Shown: one piece after another, positions 35,801-50,800 of the stretch
How the letters are laid out: the number at the start of each line of letters is the position of its first letter
Numbering within the stretch: the stretch's first letter is position 1
Origin: Eledone cirrhosa
Lineage: Eukaryota
DNA length: 64,000 nucleotides
Direction: 5' to 3'
Assembly: GCA_964016885.1 (NCBI GenBank)
Contig: OZ024743.1
Coordinates: 334,304,001 to 334,368,000, forward strand
Made by a program: the position numbers and the translations under genes
Notes under the pieces: generated by a model
Told to the model about the DNA's origin: nothing
What the model saw: the letters and a program-made list of their open reading frames with translations, nothing else
The model's database searches: none

Positions 35801-38800
35801 CCCATTCTCTCACACTCCTTCTCTATATCCCATTCTCTCACTATCCTTCTTTATCCCATTCTCTCACACTCCTTCTCTCTATCCCATTCTTTCATTCTCA
35901 TTCTATCTATCCCATTCTCTCACACTCCTTCTCTATATCACATTCTCTCACACTCCTTCGCTCTATCCCATTCTTTCACCCTCCAACTCTATCCCATTTT
36001 CTCACACTCCTTCTCTATATCCCATTCTCTCACCCTCCTTCTCTATATCCCATTCTCTCACACTCCTTCTCTATATCCCATTCTCTCACCCTCCTTCTCT
36101 ATATCCCATTCTCTCACACTCCTTCTCTATATCCCATTCTGTCACCCTCCTTCTCTATATCCCATTCTCTCACCCTCCTTCTCTATATCCCATTCTCTCA
36201 CACTCCTTCTCTATATCCCATCCTCTCACTCTCATTCTTTATCCCATTCTCTCACACTCCTTCTCTATATCCCATTCTCTCACACTCCTTCTCTCTATCC
36301 CATTCTTTCATTCTCATTCTATCTATCCCATTCTCTCACACTCCTTCTCTATATCCCATTCTCTCACACTCCTTCTCTATATCCCATTCTCTCACACTCC
36401 TTCTCTCTATCCCATTCTTTCATTCTCATTCTATCTATCCCATTCTCTCACACTCCTTCTCCATATCCCATTCTCTCACCCTCCTTCTCTATATCCCATT
36501 CTCTCACACTCCTTCTCTATATCCCATTCTGTCACCCTCCTTCTCTATATCCCATTCTCTCACTATCCTTCTTTATCACATTCTCTCACACTCCTTCTCT
36601 ATATCCCATTCTCTCACACTCCTTCTCTCTATCCCATTCTTTCATTCTCATTCTATCTATCCCATTCTCTCACACTCCTTCTCTATATCCCATTCTCTCA
36701 CCCTCCTTCTCTATATCCCATTCTCTCACACTCCTTCTCTATATCCCATTCTGTCACCCTCCTTCTCTATATCCCATTCTCTCACCCTCCTTCTCTATAT
36801 CCCATTCTCTCACACTCCTTCTCTCTATCCCATTCTTTCATTCTCATTCTATCTATCCCATTCTCTCACACTCCTTCTCTATATCCCATTCTCTCACCCT
36901 CCTTCTCTATATCCCATTCTCTCACACTCCTTCTCTATATCCCATTCTGTCACCCTCCTTCTCTATATCCCATTCTCTCACCCTCCTTCTCTATATCCCA
37001 TTCTCTCACACTCCTTCTCTCTATCCCATTCTTTCACCCTCCAACTCTATCCCATTCTCTCACACTCCTTCTCTATATCCCATTCTGTCACCCTCCTTCT
37101 CTATATCCCATTCTCTCACACTCCTTCTCTATATCCCATTCTGTCACCCTCCTTCTCTATATCCCATTCTCTCACCCTCCTTCTCTATATCCCATTCTCT
37201 CACCCTCCTTCTCCATATCCCATTCTCTCACTCTCCTTCTTTATCCGATTCTCTCACACTCCTTCTCTATATCCCATTCCCGCACACTCCTTCTCTCTAT
37301 CCCATTCTCTCACTCTACTTCTCTATCCCATTCTCTCACCCTCCTTCTCTATCCCATTCACTCACACTCCTTCTCTATATCCCATTCTTTCACCCTCCTT
37401 CTCCATATCCCATTCTCTCACACTCCTTCTCTATATCCCATTCTCTCACTCTCCCTCTCTATATCCCATTCTCTCACACTCCCTCTCTATATCCCATTCT
37501 TTCACCCTCCTTCTCTATATCCCATTCTCTCACCCTCCTTCTCTATATCCCATTCTCTCACACTCCTTCTCTCTATCCCATTCTCTCACACTCCTTCTAT
37601 ATCCCATTCTCTCACACTCCTTCTCCATCCCATTCTCTCACCCTCCTTCTCTATATCCCATTCTCTCACACTCCTTCTCTATATCCCATCCTCTCACTCT
37701 CCTTCTTTATCCCATTCTCTCACACTCCTTCTCTATATCCCATTCTCTCACTATCCTTCTTTATCACATTCTCTCACACTCCTTCTCTATATCCCATTCT
37801 CTCACACTCCTTCTCTCTATCCCATTCTTTCATTCTCATTCTATCTATCCCATTCTCTCACACTCCTTCTCTATATCCCATTCTCTCACACTCCTTCGCT
37901 CTATCCCATTCTTTCACCCTCCAACTCTATCCCATTTTCTCACACTCCTTCTCTATATCCCATTCTCTCACCCTCCTTCTCTATATCCCATTCTCTCACA
38001 CTCCTTCTCTATATCCCATTCTGTCACCCTCCTTCTCTATATCCCATTCTCTCACCCTCCTTCTCTATATCCCATTCTCTCACACTCCTTCTCTCTATCC
38101 CATTCTTTCACCCTCCAACTCTATCCCATTCTCTCACACTCCTTCGCTATATCCCATTCTGTCACCCTCCTTCTCTATATCCCATTCTCTCACCCTCCTT
38201 CTGTATATCCCATTCTGTCACCCTCCTTCTCTATATCCCATTCTCTCACTCTCCTTCTTTATCCCATTCTCTCACACTCCTTCTCTATATCCCATTCCCT
38301 CACACTTCTTCTCTCTATCCCATTCTCTCACTCTACTTCTCTATCCCATTCTCTCACCCTCCTTCTCTATCCCATTCACTCACACTCCTTCTCTATATCC
38401 CATTCTTTCACCCTCCTTCTCCATATCCCATTCTCTCACACTCCTTCTCTCTATCCCATTCTCTCACCCTCCTTCCTCCTTCTCTATATCCCATTCTCTC
38501 ACAATCCTTCTCTATATCCCATTCTCTCACACTCCTTCCCTATATCCCATTCTCTCACTCTCCTTCTTTATCCCATTCTCTCACACTCCTTCTCTATATC
38601 CCATTCTCTCACTATCCTTCTTTATCACATTCTCTCACACTCCTTCTCTATATCCCATTCTCTCACACTCCTTCTCTCTATCCCATTCTCTCACCCTCCT
38701 TCCTGCTTCTCTATATCCCATTCTCTCACACTCCTCTCTATACCATTCTCTCACACTCCTTGTATATCCCATTCTCTCACACTCCTTCTCTATCCCATTC

Positions 38801-41800
38801 TCTCACACTCCTTCTCTATATCCCATTCTCTCACACTCCTTCTCTATATCCCATCCTCTCACTCTCCTTCTTTATCCCATTCTCTCACACTCCTTCTCCA
38901 TATCCCATTCTCTCACTATCCTTCTTTATCCCATTCTCTCACACTCCTTCTCTCTATCCCATTCTCTCACACTCCTTCTCTATATCACATTCTCTCACAC
39001 TCCTTCGCTCTATCCCATTCTTTCACCCTCCAACTCTATCCCATTTTCTCACACTCCTTCTCTATATCCCATTCTCTCACCCTCCTTCTCTATATCCCAT
39101 TCTCTCACACTCCTTCTCTATATCCCATTCTGTCACCCTCCTTCTCTATATCCCATTCTCTCACCCTCCTTCTCTATATCCCATTCTCTCACACTCCTTC
39201 TCTATATCCCATCCTCTCACTCTCATTCTTTATCCCATTCTCTCACACTCCTTCTCTATATCCCATTCTCTCACTATCCTTCTTTATCACATTCTCTCAC
39301 ACTCCTTCTCTATATCCCATTCTCTCACACTCCTTCTCTCTATCCCATTCTTTCATTCTCATTCTATCTATCCCATTCTCTCACACTCCTTCTCTATATC
39401 CCATTCTCTCACCCTCCTTCTCTATATCCATTCTCTCACACTCCTTCTCTATATCCCATTCTGTCACCCTCCTTCTCTATATCCCATTCTCTCACCCTCC
39501 TTCTCTATATCCCATTCTCTCACACTCCTTCTCTCTATCCCATTCTTTCACCCTCCAACTCTATCCCATTCTCTCACACTCCTTCTCTATATCCCATTCT
39601 GTCACCCTCCCTTCTCTATATCCCATTCTCTCACCCTCCTTCTGTATATCCCATTCTGTCACCCTCCTTCTCCATATCCCATTCTCTCACTCTCCTTCTT
39701 TATCCGATTCTCTCACACTCCTTCTCTATATCCCATTCCCTCACACTCCTTCTCTCTATCCCATTCTCTCACTCTACTTCTCTATCCCATTCTCTCACCC
39801 TCCTTCTCTATCCCATTCACTCACACTCCTTCTCTATATCCCATTCTTTCACCCTCCTTCTCCATATCCCATTCTCTCACACTCCTTCTCTATATCCCAT
39901 TCTCTCACTCTCCCTCTCTATATCCCATTCTCTCACACACCCTCTCTATATCCCATTCTTTCACCCTCCTTCTCTATATCCCATTCTCTCACCCTCCTTC
40001 TCTATATCCCATTCTCTCACACTCCTTCTCTCTATCCCATTCTCTCACACTCCTTCTATATCCCATTCTCTCACACTCCTTCTCCATCCCATTCTCTCAC
40101 CCTCCTTCTCTATATCCCATTCTCTCACACTTCTTCTCTATATCCCATTCTGTCACCCTCCTTCTCTATATCCCATTCTCTCACCCTCCTTCTCTATATC
40201 CCATTCTCTCACACTCCTTCTCTCTATCCCATTCTTTCACCCTCCAACTCTATCCCATTCTCTCACACTCCTTCTCTATATCCCATTCTGTCACCCTCCT
40301 TCTCTATATCCCATTCTCTCACCCTCCTTCTGTATATCCCATTCTCTCACACTCCTTCTCTCTATCCCATTCTTTCACCCTCCAACTCTATCCCATTCTC
40401 TCACACTCCTTCGCTATATCCCATTCTGTCACCCTCCTTCTCTATATCCCATTCTCTCACCCTCCTTCTGTATATCCCATTCTGTCACCCTCCTTCTCTA
40501 TATCCCATTCTCTCACACTCCTCTCTATCCTATTCTCTCACACTCCTTGTATATCCCATTCTCTCACACTCCTTCTCTATCCCATTCTCTCACACTCCTT
40601 CTCTATCCCATTCTCTCACATGCCTTCTCTATATCCCATTCTCTTACACTCCTTCTCTATATCCCATTCTCTCACTATCCTTCTTTATCACATTCTCTCA
40701 CACTCCTTCTCTCTATCCCATTCTCTGATCCTCCTTCTCTCACACTCCTTCTATATCCCATTCTCTCCCACTCCTTCTATATCCCATTCTCACACACTCC
40801 TTCTTTATCCCATTCTCTCACACTCCTTCTCTCTATCCCATTCTTTCATTCTCCTTCTATCTATCCCATTCTCTCACTCTCCTTCTATCTATCCCATTCT
40901 CTCACACTCCTTCTCTCTATCCCATTCTCTCACACTCCTTCTCTATATCCCATTCTCTTACACTCCTTCTCTATATCCCATTCTTTCACCCTCCTTCTCT
41001 ATATCCCATTCTCTCACCCTCCTTCTCTACATCCCATTCTCTCACACTCCTCTCTATCCCATTCTCTCACACTCCTTGTATATCCCATTCTCTCACACTC
41101 CTTCTCTATGCCATTCTCTCACACTCCTTCTCTATATCCCATTCTCTCACTCTCCTTCTTTATCCCATTCTCTCACACTCCTTCTCTATATCCCATTCTC
41201 TCACACTCCTTCTCTCTATCCCATTCTCTCACCCTCCTTCCTCCTTCTCTATATCCCATTCTCTCACAATCCTTCTCTATATCCCATTCTCTCGCAATCC
41301 TTCCCTATATCCCATTCTCTCACTCTCCTTCTTTATCCCATTCTCTCACACTCCTTCTCTATATCCCATTCTCTCACCCTCCTTCTCTATATCCCATTCT
41401 CTCACACTCCTCTCTATCACATTCTCTCACACTCCTTGTATATCCCATTCTCTCACACTCCTTCTCTATATCCCATTCTCTCACACTCCTTCTCTATATC
41501 CCATTCTCTCACTCTCCTTCTTTATCCCATTCTCTCAAACCCCTTCTATATATCCCATTCTCTCACACTCCTTCTCTATATCCCATTCTCTCACACTCCT
41601 TCTCTCTATCCCATTCTCTCACCCTCCTTCCTGCTTCTCTATATCCCATTCTCTCACACTCCTCTCTATCCCATTCTCTCACACTCCTTGTATATCCCAT
41701 TCTCTCACACTCCTTCTCTATCCCATTCTCTCACACTCCTTCTCTATATCCCATTCTCTCACACTCCTTCTCTATATCCCATTCTCTCACACTCCTTCTC

Positions 41801-44800
41801 TATATCCCATTCTCTCACCCTCCTTCTTTATCCCATTCTCTCACACTCCTTCTCTATATCCCATTCTCTCACTATCCTTCTTTATCACATTCTCTCACAC
41901 TCCTTCTCTATATCCCATTCTCTCACACTCCTTCTCTCTATCCCATTCTTTCATTCTCATTCTATCTATCCCATTCTCTCACACTCCTTCTCTATATCCC
42001 ATTCTCTCACACTCCTTCGCTCTATCCCATTCTTTCACCCTCCAACTCTATCCCATTTTCTCACACTCCTTCTCTATATCCCATTCTCTCACCCTCCTTC
42101 TCTATATCCCATTCTCTCACACTCCTTCTCTATATCCCATTCTGTCACCCTCCTTCTCTATATCCCATTCTCTCACCCTCCTTCTCTATATCCCATTCTC
42201 TCACACTCCTTCTCTCTATCCCATTCTTTCACCCTCCAACTCTATCCCATTCTCTCACACTCCTTCGCTATATCCCATTCTGTCACCCTCCTTCTCTATA
42301 TCCCATTCTCTCACCCTCCTTCTGTATATCCCATTCTGTCACCCTCCTTCTCTATATCCCATTCTCTCACTCTCCTTCTCTATCCCATTCACTCACACTC
42401 CTTCTCTATATCCCATTCTTTCACCCTCCTTCTCCATATCCCATTCTCTCACACTCCTTCTCTCTATCCCATTCTCTCACCCTCCTTCCTCCTTCTCTAT
42501 AACCCATTCTCTCACAATCCTTCTCTATATCCCATTCTCTCACACTCCTTCCCTATATCCCATTCTCTCACTCTCCTTCTTTATCCCATTCTCTCACACT
42601 CCTTCTCTATATCCCATTCTCTCACTATCCTTCTTTATCACATTCTCTCACACTCCTTCTCTATATCCCATTCTCTCACACTCCTTCTCTCTATCCCATT
42701 CTCTCACCCTCCTTCCTGCTTCTCTATATCCCATTCTCTCACACTCCTCTCTATACCATTCTCTCACACTCCTTCTCTATATCCCATTCTCTCACACTCC
42801 TTGTATATCCCATTCTCTCACACTCCTTCTCTATCCCATTCTCTCACACTCCTTCTCTATATCCCATTCTCTCACACTCCTTCTCTATATCCCATCCTCT
42901 CACTCTCATTCTTTATCCCATTCTCTCACACTCCTTCTCTATATCCCATTCTCTCACTATCCTTCTTTATCACATTCTCTCACACTCCTTCTCTATATCC
43001 CATTCTCTCACACTCCTTCTCTCTATCCCATTCTTTCATTCTCATTCTATCTATCCCATTCTCTCACACTCCTTCTCTATATCCCATTCTCTCACCCTCC
43101 TTCTCTATATCCCATTCTCTCACACTCCTTCTCTATATCCCATTCTGTCACCCTCCTTCTCTATATCCCATTCTCTCACCCTCCTTCTCTATATCCCATT
43201 CTCTCACACTCCTTCTCTCTATCCCATTCTTTCACCCTCCAACTCTATCCCATTCTCTCACACTCCTTCTCTATATCCCATTCTGTCACCCTCCTTCTCT
43301 ATATCCCATTCTCTCACCCTCCTTCTGTATATCCCATTCTGTCACCCTCCTTCTCCATATCCCATTCTCTCACTCTCCTTCTTTATCCGATTCTCTCACA
43401 CTCCTTCTCTATATCCCATTCCCTCACACTCCTTCTCTCTATCCCATTCTCTCACACTCCTTCTCTATATCCCATTCTCTCACACTCCTTCTCTCTATCC
43501 CATTCTTTCATTCTCATTCTATCTATCCCATTCTCTCACACTCCTTCTCTATATCCCATTCTCTCACACTCCTTCGCTCTATCCCATTCTTTCACCCTCC
43601 AACTCTATCCCATTTTCTCACACTCCTTCTCTATATCCCATTCTCTCACCCTCCTTCTCTATATCCCATTCTCTCACACTCCTTCTCTATATCCCATTCT
43701 GTCACCCTCCTTCTCTATATCCCATTCTCTCACCCTCCTTCTCTATATCCCATTCTCTCACACTCCTTCTCTCTATCCCATTCTTTCACCCTCCAACTCT
43801 ATCCCATTCTCTCACACTCCTTCGCTATATCCCATTCTGTCACCCTCCTTCTCTATATCCCATTCTCTCACCCTCCTTCTGTATATCCCATTCTGTCACC
43901 CTCCTTCTCTATATCCCATTGTCTCACTCTCCTTCTCTATCCCATTCACTCACACTCCTTCTCTATATCCCATTCTTTCACCCTCCTTCTCCATATTCCA
44001 TTCTCTCACACTCCTTCTCTCTATCCCATTCTCTCACCCTCCTTCCTCCTTCTCTATATCCCATTCTCTCACAATCCTTCTCTATATCCCATTCTCTCAC
44101 ACTCCTTCCCTATATCCCATTCTCTCACTCTCCTTCTTTATCCCATTCTCTCACACTCCTTCTCTATATCCCATTCTCTCACTATCCTTCTTTATCACAT
44201 TCTCTGACACTCCTTCTCTATATCCCATTCTCTCACACTCCTTCTCTCTATCCCATTCTCTCACCCTCCTTCCTGCTTCTCTATATCCCATTCTCTCACA
44301 CTCCTCTCTATACCATTCTCTCACACTCCTTCTCTATATCCCATTCTCTCACACTCCTTGTATATCCCATTCTCTCACACTCCTTCTCTATCCCATTCTC
44401 TCACACTCCTTCTCTATATCCCATTCTCTCACACTCCTTCTCTATATCCCATCCTCTCACTCTCATTCTTTATCCCATTCTCTCACACTCCTTCTCTATA
44501 TCCCATTCTCTCACTATCCTTCTTTATCACATTCTCTCACACTCCTTCTCTATATCCCATTCTCTCACACTCCTTCTCTCTATCCAATTCTTTCATTCTC
44601 ATTCTATATATCCCATTCTCTCACACTCCTTCTCTATATCCCATTCTCTCACCCTCCTTCTCTATATCCTATTCTCTCACACTCCTTCTCTATATCCCAT
44701 TCTGTCACCCTCCTTCTCTATATCCCATTCTCTCACCCTCCTTCTCTATATCCCATTCTCTCACACTCCTTCTCTCTATCCCATTCTTTCACCCTCCAAC

Positions 44801-47800
44801 TCTATCCCATTCTCTCACACTCCTTCTCTATATCCCATTCTGTCACCCTCCTTCTCTATATCCCATTCTCTCACCCTCCTTCTGTATATCCCATTCTGTC
44901 ACCCTCCTTCTCCATATCCCATTCTCTCACTCTCCTTCTTTATCCGATTCTCTCACACTCCTTCTCTATATCCCATTCCCTCACACTCCTTCTCTCTATC
45001 CCATTCTCTCACTCTACTTCTCTATCCCATTCTCTCACCCTCCTTCTCTATCCCATTCACTCACACTCCTTCTCTATATCCCATTCTTTCACCCTCCTTC
45101 TCCATATCCCATTCTCTCACACTCCTTCTCTATATCCCATTCTCTCACTCTCCCTCTCTATATCCCATTCTCTCACACTCCCTCTCTATATCCCATTCTT
45201 TCACCCTCCTTCTCTATATCCCATTCTCTCACCCTCCTTCTCTATATCCCATTCTCTCACACTCCTTCTCTCTATCCCATTCTCTCACACTCCTTCTATA
45301 TCCCATTCTCTCACACTCCTTCTCCATCCCATTCTCTCACCCTCCTTCTCTATATCCCATTCTCTCACACTTCTTCTCTATATCCCATTCTGTCACCCTC
45401 CTTCTCTATATCCCATTCTCTCACCCTCCTTCTCTATATCCCATTCTCTCACACTCCTTCTCTCTATCCCATTCTTTCACCCTCCAACTCTATCCCATTC
45501 TCTCACACTCCTTCTCTATATCCCATTCTGTCACCCTCCTTCTCTATATCCCATTCTCTCACCCTCCTTCTGTATATCCCATTCTCTCACACTCCTTCTC
45601 TCTATCCCATTCTTTCACCCTCCAACTCTATCCCATTCTCTCACACTCCTTCGCTATATCCCATTCTGTCACCCTCCTTCTCTATATCCCATTCTCTCAC
45701 CCTCCTTCTGTATATCCCATTCTGTCACCCTCCTTCTCTATATCCCATTCTCTCACTCTCCTTCTTTATCCCATTCTCTCACACTCCTTCTCTATATCCC
45801 ATTCCCTCACACTTCTTCTCTCTATCCCATTCTCTCACTCTACTTCTCTATCCCATTCTCTCACCCTCCTTCTCTATCCCATTCACTCACACTCCTTCTC
45901 TATATCCCATTCTTTCACCCTCCTTCTCCATATCCCATTCTCTCACACTCCTTCTCTCTATCCCATTCTCTCACCCTCCTTCCTCCTTCTCTATATCCCA
46001 TTCTCTCACAATCCTTCTCTATATCCCATTCTCTCACACTCCTTCCCTATATCCCATTCTAATCACTCTCCTTCTTTAGCCCATTCTCTCACACTCCTTC
46101 TCTATATCCCATTCTCTCACTATCCTTCTTTATCACATTCTCTCACACTCCTTCTCTATATCCAATTCTCTCACACTCCTTCTCTCTATCCCATTCTCTC
46201 ACCCTCCTTCCTGCTTCTCTATATCCCATTCTCTCACCCTCCTTCTCTATATCCCATTCTCTCACACTCCTTCTCTATATCCCATTCTGTCACCCTCCTT
46301 CTCTATATCCCATTCTCTCACCCTCCTTCTCTATATCCCATTCTCTCACACTCCTTCTCTATATCCCATCCTCTCACTCTCCTTCTTTATCCCATTCTCT
46401 CACACTCCTTCTCTATATCCCATTCTCTCACTATCCTTCTTTATCACATTCTCTCACACTCCTTCTCTATATCCCATTCTCTCACACTCCTTCTCTCTAT
46501 CCCATTCTTTCATTCTCATTCTATCTATCCCATTCTCTCACACTCCTTCTCTATATCCCATTCTCTCACCCTCCTTCTCTATATCCCATTCTCTCACACT
46601 CCTTCTCTATATCCCATTCTGTCACCCTCCTTCTCTATATCCCATTCTCTCACCCTCCTTCTCTATATCCCATTCTCTCACACTCCTTCTCTCTATCCCA
46701 TTCTTTCACCCTCCAACTCTATCCCATTCTCTCACACTCCTTCTCTATATCCCATTCTGTCACCCTCCTTCTCTATATCCAATTCTCTCACACTCCTTCT
46801 CTATATCCCATTCTGTCACCCTCCTTCTCTATATCCAATTCTCTCACACTCCTTCTCTATATCCCATTCTCTCACCCTCCTTCTGTATATCCCATTCTGT
46901 CACCCTCCTTCTCCATATCCCATTCTCTCACTCTCCTTCTTTATCCGATTCTCTCACACTCCTTCTCTATATCCCATTCCCTCACACTCCTTCTCTCTAT
47001 CCCATTCTCTCACTCTACTTCTCTATCCCATTCTCTCACCCTCCTTCTCTATCCCATTCACTCACACTCCTTCTCTATATCCCATTCTCTCACACTCCTT
47101 CTCTCTATCCCATTCTCTCACACTCCTTCTATATCCCATTCTCTCACACTCCTTCTCCATCCCATTCTCTCACCCTCCTTCTCTATATCCCATTCTCTCA
47201 CACTTCTTCTCTATATCCCATTCTGTCACCCTCCTTCTCTATATCCCATTCTCTCACCCTCCTTCTCTATATCCCATTCTCTCACACTCCTTCTCTCTAT
47301 CCCATTCTTTCACCCTCCAACTCTATCCCATTCTCTCACACTCCTTCTCTATATCCCATTCTGTCACCCTCCTTCTCTATATCCCATTCTCTCACCCTCC
47401 TTCTGTATATCCCATTCTCTCACACTCCTTCTCTCTATCCCATTCTTTCACCCTCCAACTCTATCCCATTCTCTCACACTCCTTCGCTATATCCCATTCT
47501 GTCACCCTCCTTCTCTATATCCCATTCTCTCACCCTCCTTCTGTATATCCCATTCTGTCACCCTCCTTCTCTATATCCCATTCTCTCACTCTCCTTCTTT
47601 ATCCCATTCTCTCACACTCCTTCTCTATATCCCATTCCCTCACACTTCTTCTCTCTATCCCATTCTCTCACTCTACTTCTCTATCCCATTCTCTCACCCT
47701 CCTTCTCTATCCCATTCACTCACACTCCTTCTCTATATCCCATTCTTTCACCCTCCTTCTCCATATCCCATTCTCTCACACTCCTTCTCTCTATCCCATT

Positions 47801-50800
47801 CTCTCACCCTTCTTCCTCCTTCTCTATATCCCATTCTCTCACAATCCTTCTCTATATCCCATTCTCTCACACTCCTTCCCTATATCCCATTCTAATCACT
47901 CTCCTTCTTTAGCCCATTCTCTCACACTCCTTCTCTATATCCCATTCTCTCACTATCCTTCTTTATCACATTCTCTCACACTCCTTCTCTATATCCAATT
48001 CTCTCACACTCCTTCTCTCTATCCCATTCTCTCACCCTCCTTCCTGCTTCTCTATATCCCATTCTCTCACCCTCCTTCTCTATATCCCATTCTCTCACAC
48101 TCCTTCTCTATATCCCATTCTGTCACCCTCCTTCTCTATATCCCATTCTCTCACCCTCCTTCTCTATATCCCATTCTCTCACACTCCTTCTCTATATCCC
48201 ATCCTCTCACTCTCCTTCTTTATCCCATTCTCTCACACTCCTTCTCTATATCCCATTCTCTCACTATCCTTCTTTATCACATTCTCTCACACTCCTTCTC
48301 TATATCCCATTCTCTCACACTCCTTCTCTCTATCCCATTCTTTCATTCTCATTCTATCTATCCCATTCTCTCACACTCCTTCTCTATATCCCATTCTCTC
48401 ACCCTCCTTCTCTATATCCCATTCTCTCACACTCCTTCTCTATATCCCATTCTGTCACCCTCCTTCTCTATATCCCATTCTCTCACCCTCCTTCTCTATA
48501 TCCCATTCTCTCACACTCCTTCTCTCTATCCCATTCTCTCACACTCCAACTCTATCCCATTCTCTCACACTCCTTCTCTATATCCCATTCTCTCACTCTC
48601 CTTCTTTATCCGATTCTCTCACACTCCTTCTCTATATCCCATTCCCTCACACTCCTTCTCTCTATCCCATTCTCTCACTCTACTTCTCTATCCCATTCTC
48701 TCACCCTCCTTCTCTATCCCATTCACTCACACTCCTTCTCTATATCCCATTCTTTCACCCTCCTTCTCCATATCCCATTCTCTCACACTCCTTCTCTATA
48801 TCCCATTCTCTCACTCTCCCTCTCTATATCCCATTCTCTCACACTCCCTCTCTATATCCCATTCTTTCACCCTCCTTCTCTATATCCCATTCTCTCACCC
48901 TCCTTCTCTATATCCCATTCTCTCACACTCCTTCTCTCTATCCCATTCTCTCACACTCCTTCTATATCCCATTCTCTCACACTCCTTCTCCATCCCATTC
49001 TCTCACCCTCCTTCTCTATATCCCATTCTCTCACACTCCTTCTCTATATCCCATTCTGTCACCCTCCTTCTCTATATCCCATTCTCTCACCCTCCTTCTC
49101 TATATCCCATTCTCTCACACTCCTTCTCTCTATCCCATTCTTTCACCCTCCAACTCTATCCCATTCTCTCACACTCCTTCTCTATATCCCATTCTGTCAC
49201 CCTCCTTCTCTATATCCCATTCTCTCACCCTCCTTCTGTATATCCCATTCTGTCACCCTCCTTCTGTATATCCCATTCTCTCACTCTCCTTCTTTATCCG
49301 ATTCTCTCACACTCCTTCTCTATATCCCATTCCCTCACACTCCTTCTCTCTATCCCATTCTCTCACTCTACTTCTCTATCCCATTCTCTCACCCTCCTTC
49401 TCTATCCCATTCACTCACACTCCTTCTCTATATCCCATTCTTTCACCCTCCTTCTCCATATCCCATTCTCTCACTCTCCCTCTCTATATCCCATTCTCTC
49501 ACACTCCCTCTCTATATCCCATTCTTTCACCCTCCTTCTCTATATCCCATTCTCTCACCCTCCTTCTCTATATCCCATTCTCTCACACTCCTTCTCTCTA
49601 TCCCATTCTCTCACACTCCTTCTATATCCCATTCTCTCACACTCCTTCTCCATCCCATTCTCTCACACTCCTTCTCTCTATCCCATTCTCTCACTCTACT
49701 TCTGTATCCCATTCTCTCACCCTCCTTCTCTATCCCATTCACTCACACTCCTTCTCTATATCCCATTCTTTCACCCTCCTTCTCCATATCCCATTCTCTC
49801 ACACTCCTTCTCTATATCCCATTCTCTCACTCTCCCTCTCTATATCCCATTCTCTCACACTCCCTCTCTATATCCCATTCTTTCACCCTCCTTCTCTATA
49901 TCCCATTCTCTCACCCTCCTTCTCTATATCCCATTCTCTCACACTCCTTCTCTCTATCCCATTCTCTCACACTCCTTCTATATCTCATTCTCTCACACTC
50001 CTTCTCCATCCCATTCTCTCACACTCCTTCTCTATATCCCATTCTCTCACACTCCTTCTCTATATCCCATTCTATTACACTCCTTCTCTCTATCCCATTC
50101 TCTCACATTCCTTCTCTATATCCTATTCTCTCACACTCCTTCTCTATATCCCATTCTCTCACACTCCTTCTCTCTATCCCATTCTCTCACACTCCTTCTA
50201 TATCCCATTCTCTCACACTCCTTCTCCATCCCATTCTCTCACACTCCTTCTCTATATCCCATTCTCTCACACTCCTTCTCTATATCCTATTCTCTCACTC
50301 TCCTTCTTTATCCCATTCTCTCACACTCATTCTCTATATCCCATTCTCTCACACTCCTTCTCTCTATCCCATTCTCTCACACTCCTTCTCTATATCCCAT
50401 TCTCTCTCCCTCCTACTTTATATCCCATTCTCTCACCCTCCTTCTCTATATCCCATTCTCTCACCCTCCTTCTCTATCCCATTCTCTCACACTCCTCCTC
50501 TATATCCCATTCTCTCACACTCCTTCTCTATATCCCATTCTCTCACTCTCCTTCTTTATCCCATTCTCTCACACTCCTTCTCTCTATCCCATTCTCTCAC
50601 ACTCCTTCTCTCTATCCCATTCTCTCACCCTCCTTCTCTATATCCCATTCTCTCACTCTCCTTCTCTATCCCATTCTCTCACCCTCCTTCTCTATCCCTC
50701 TCTCTCACTCTCCTTCTCTATCCCATTCTCTCACTCTCCTTCTCCATATCCCATTCTCTCACACTCCTTCTCTATATCCCATTCTCTCACACTCCTTCTC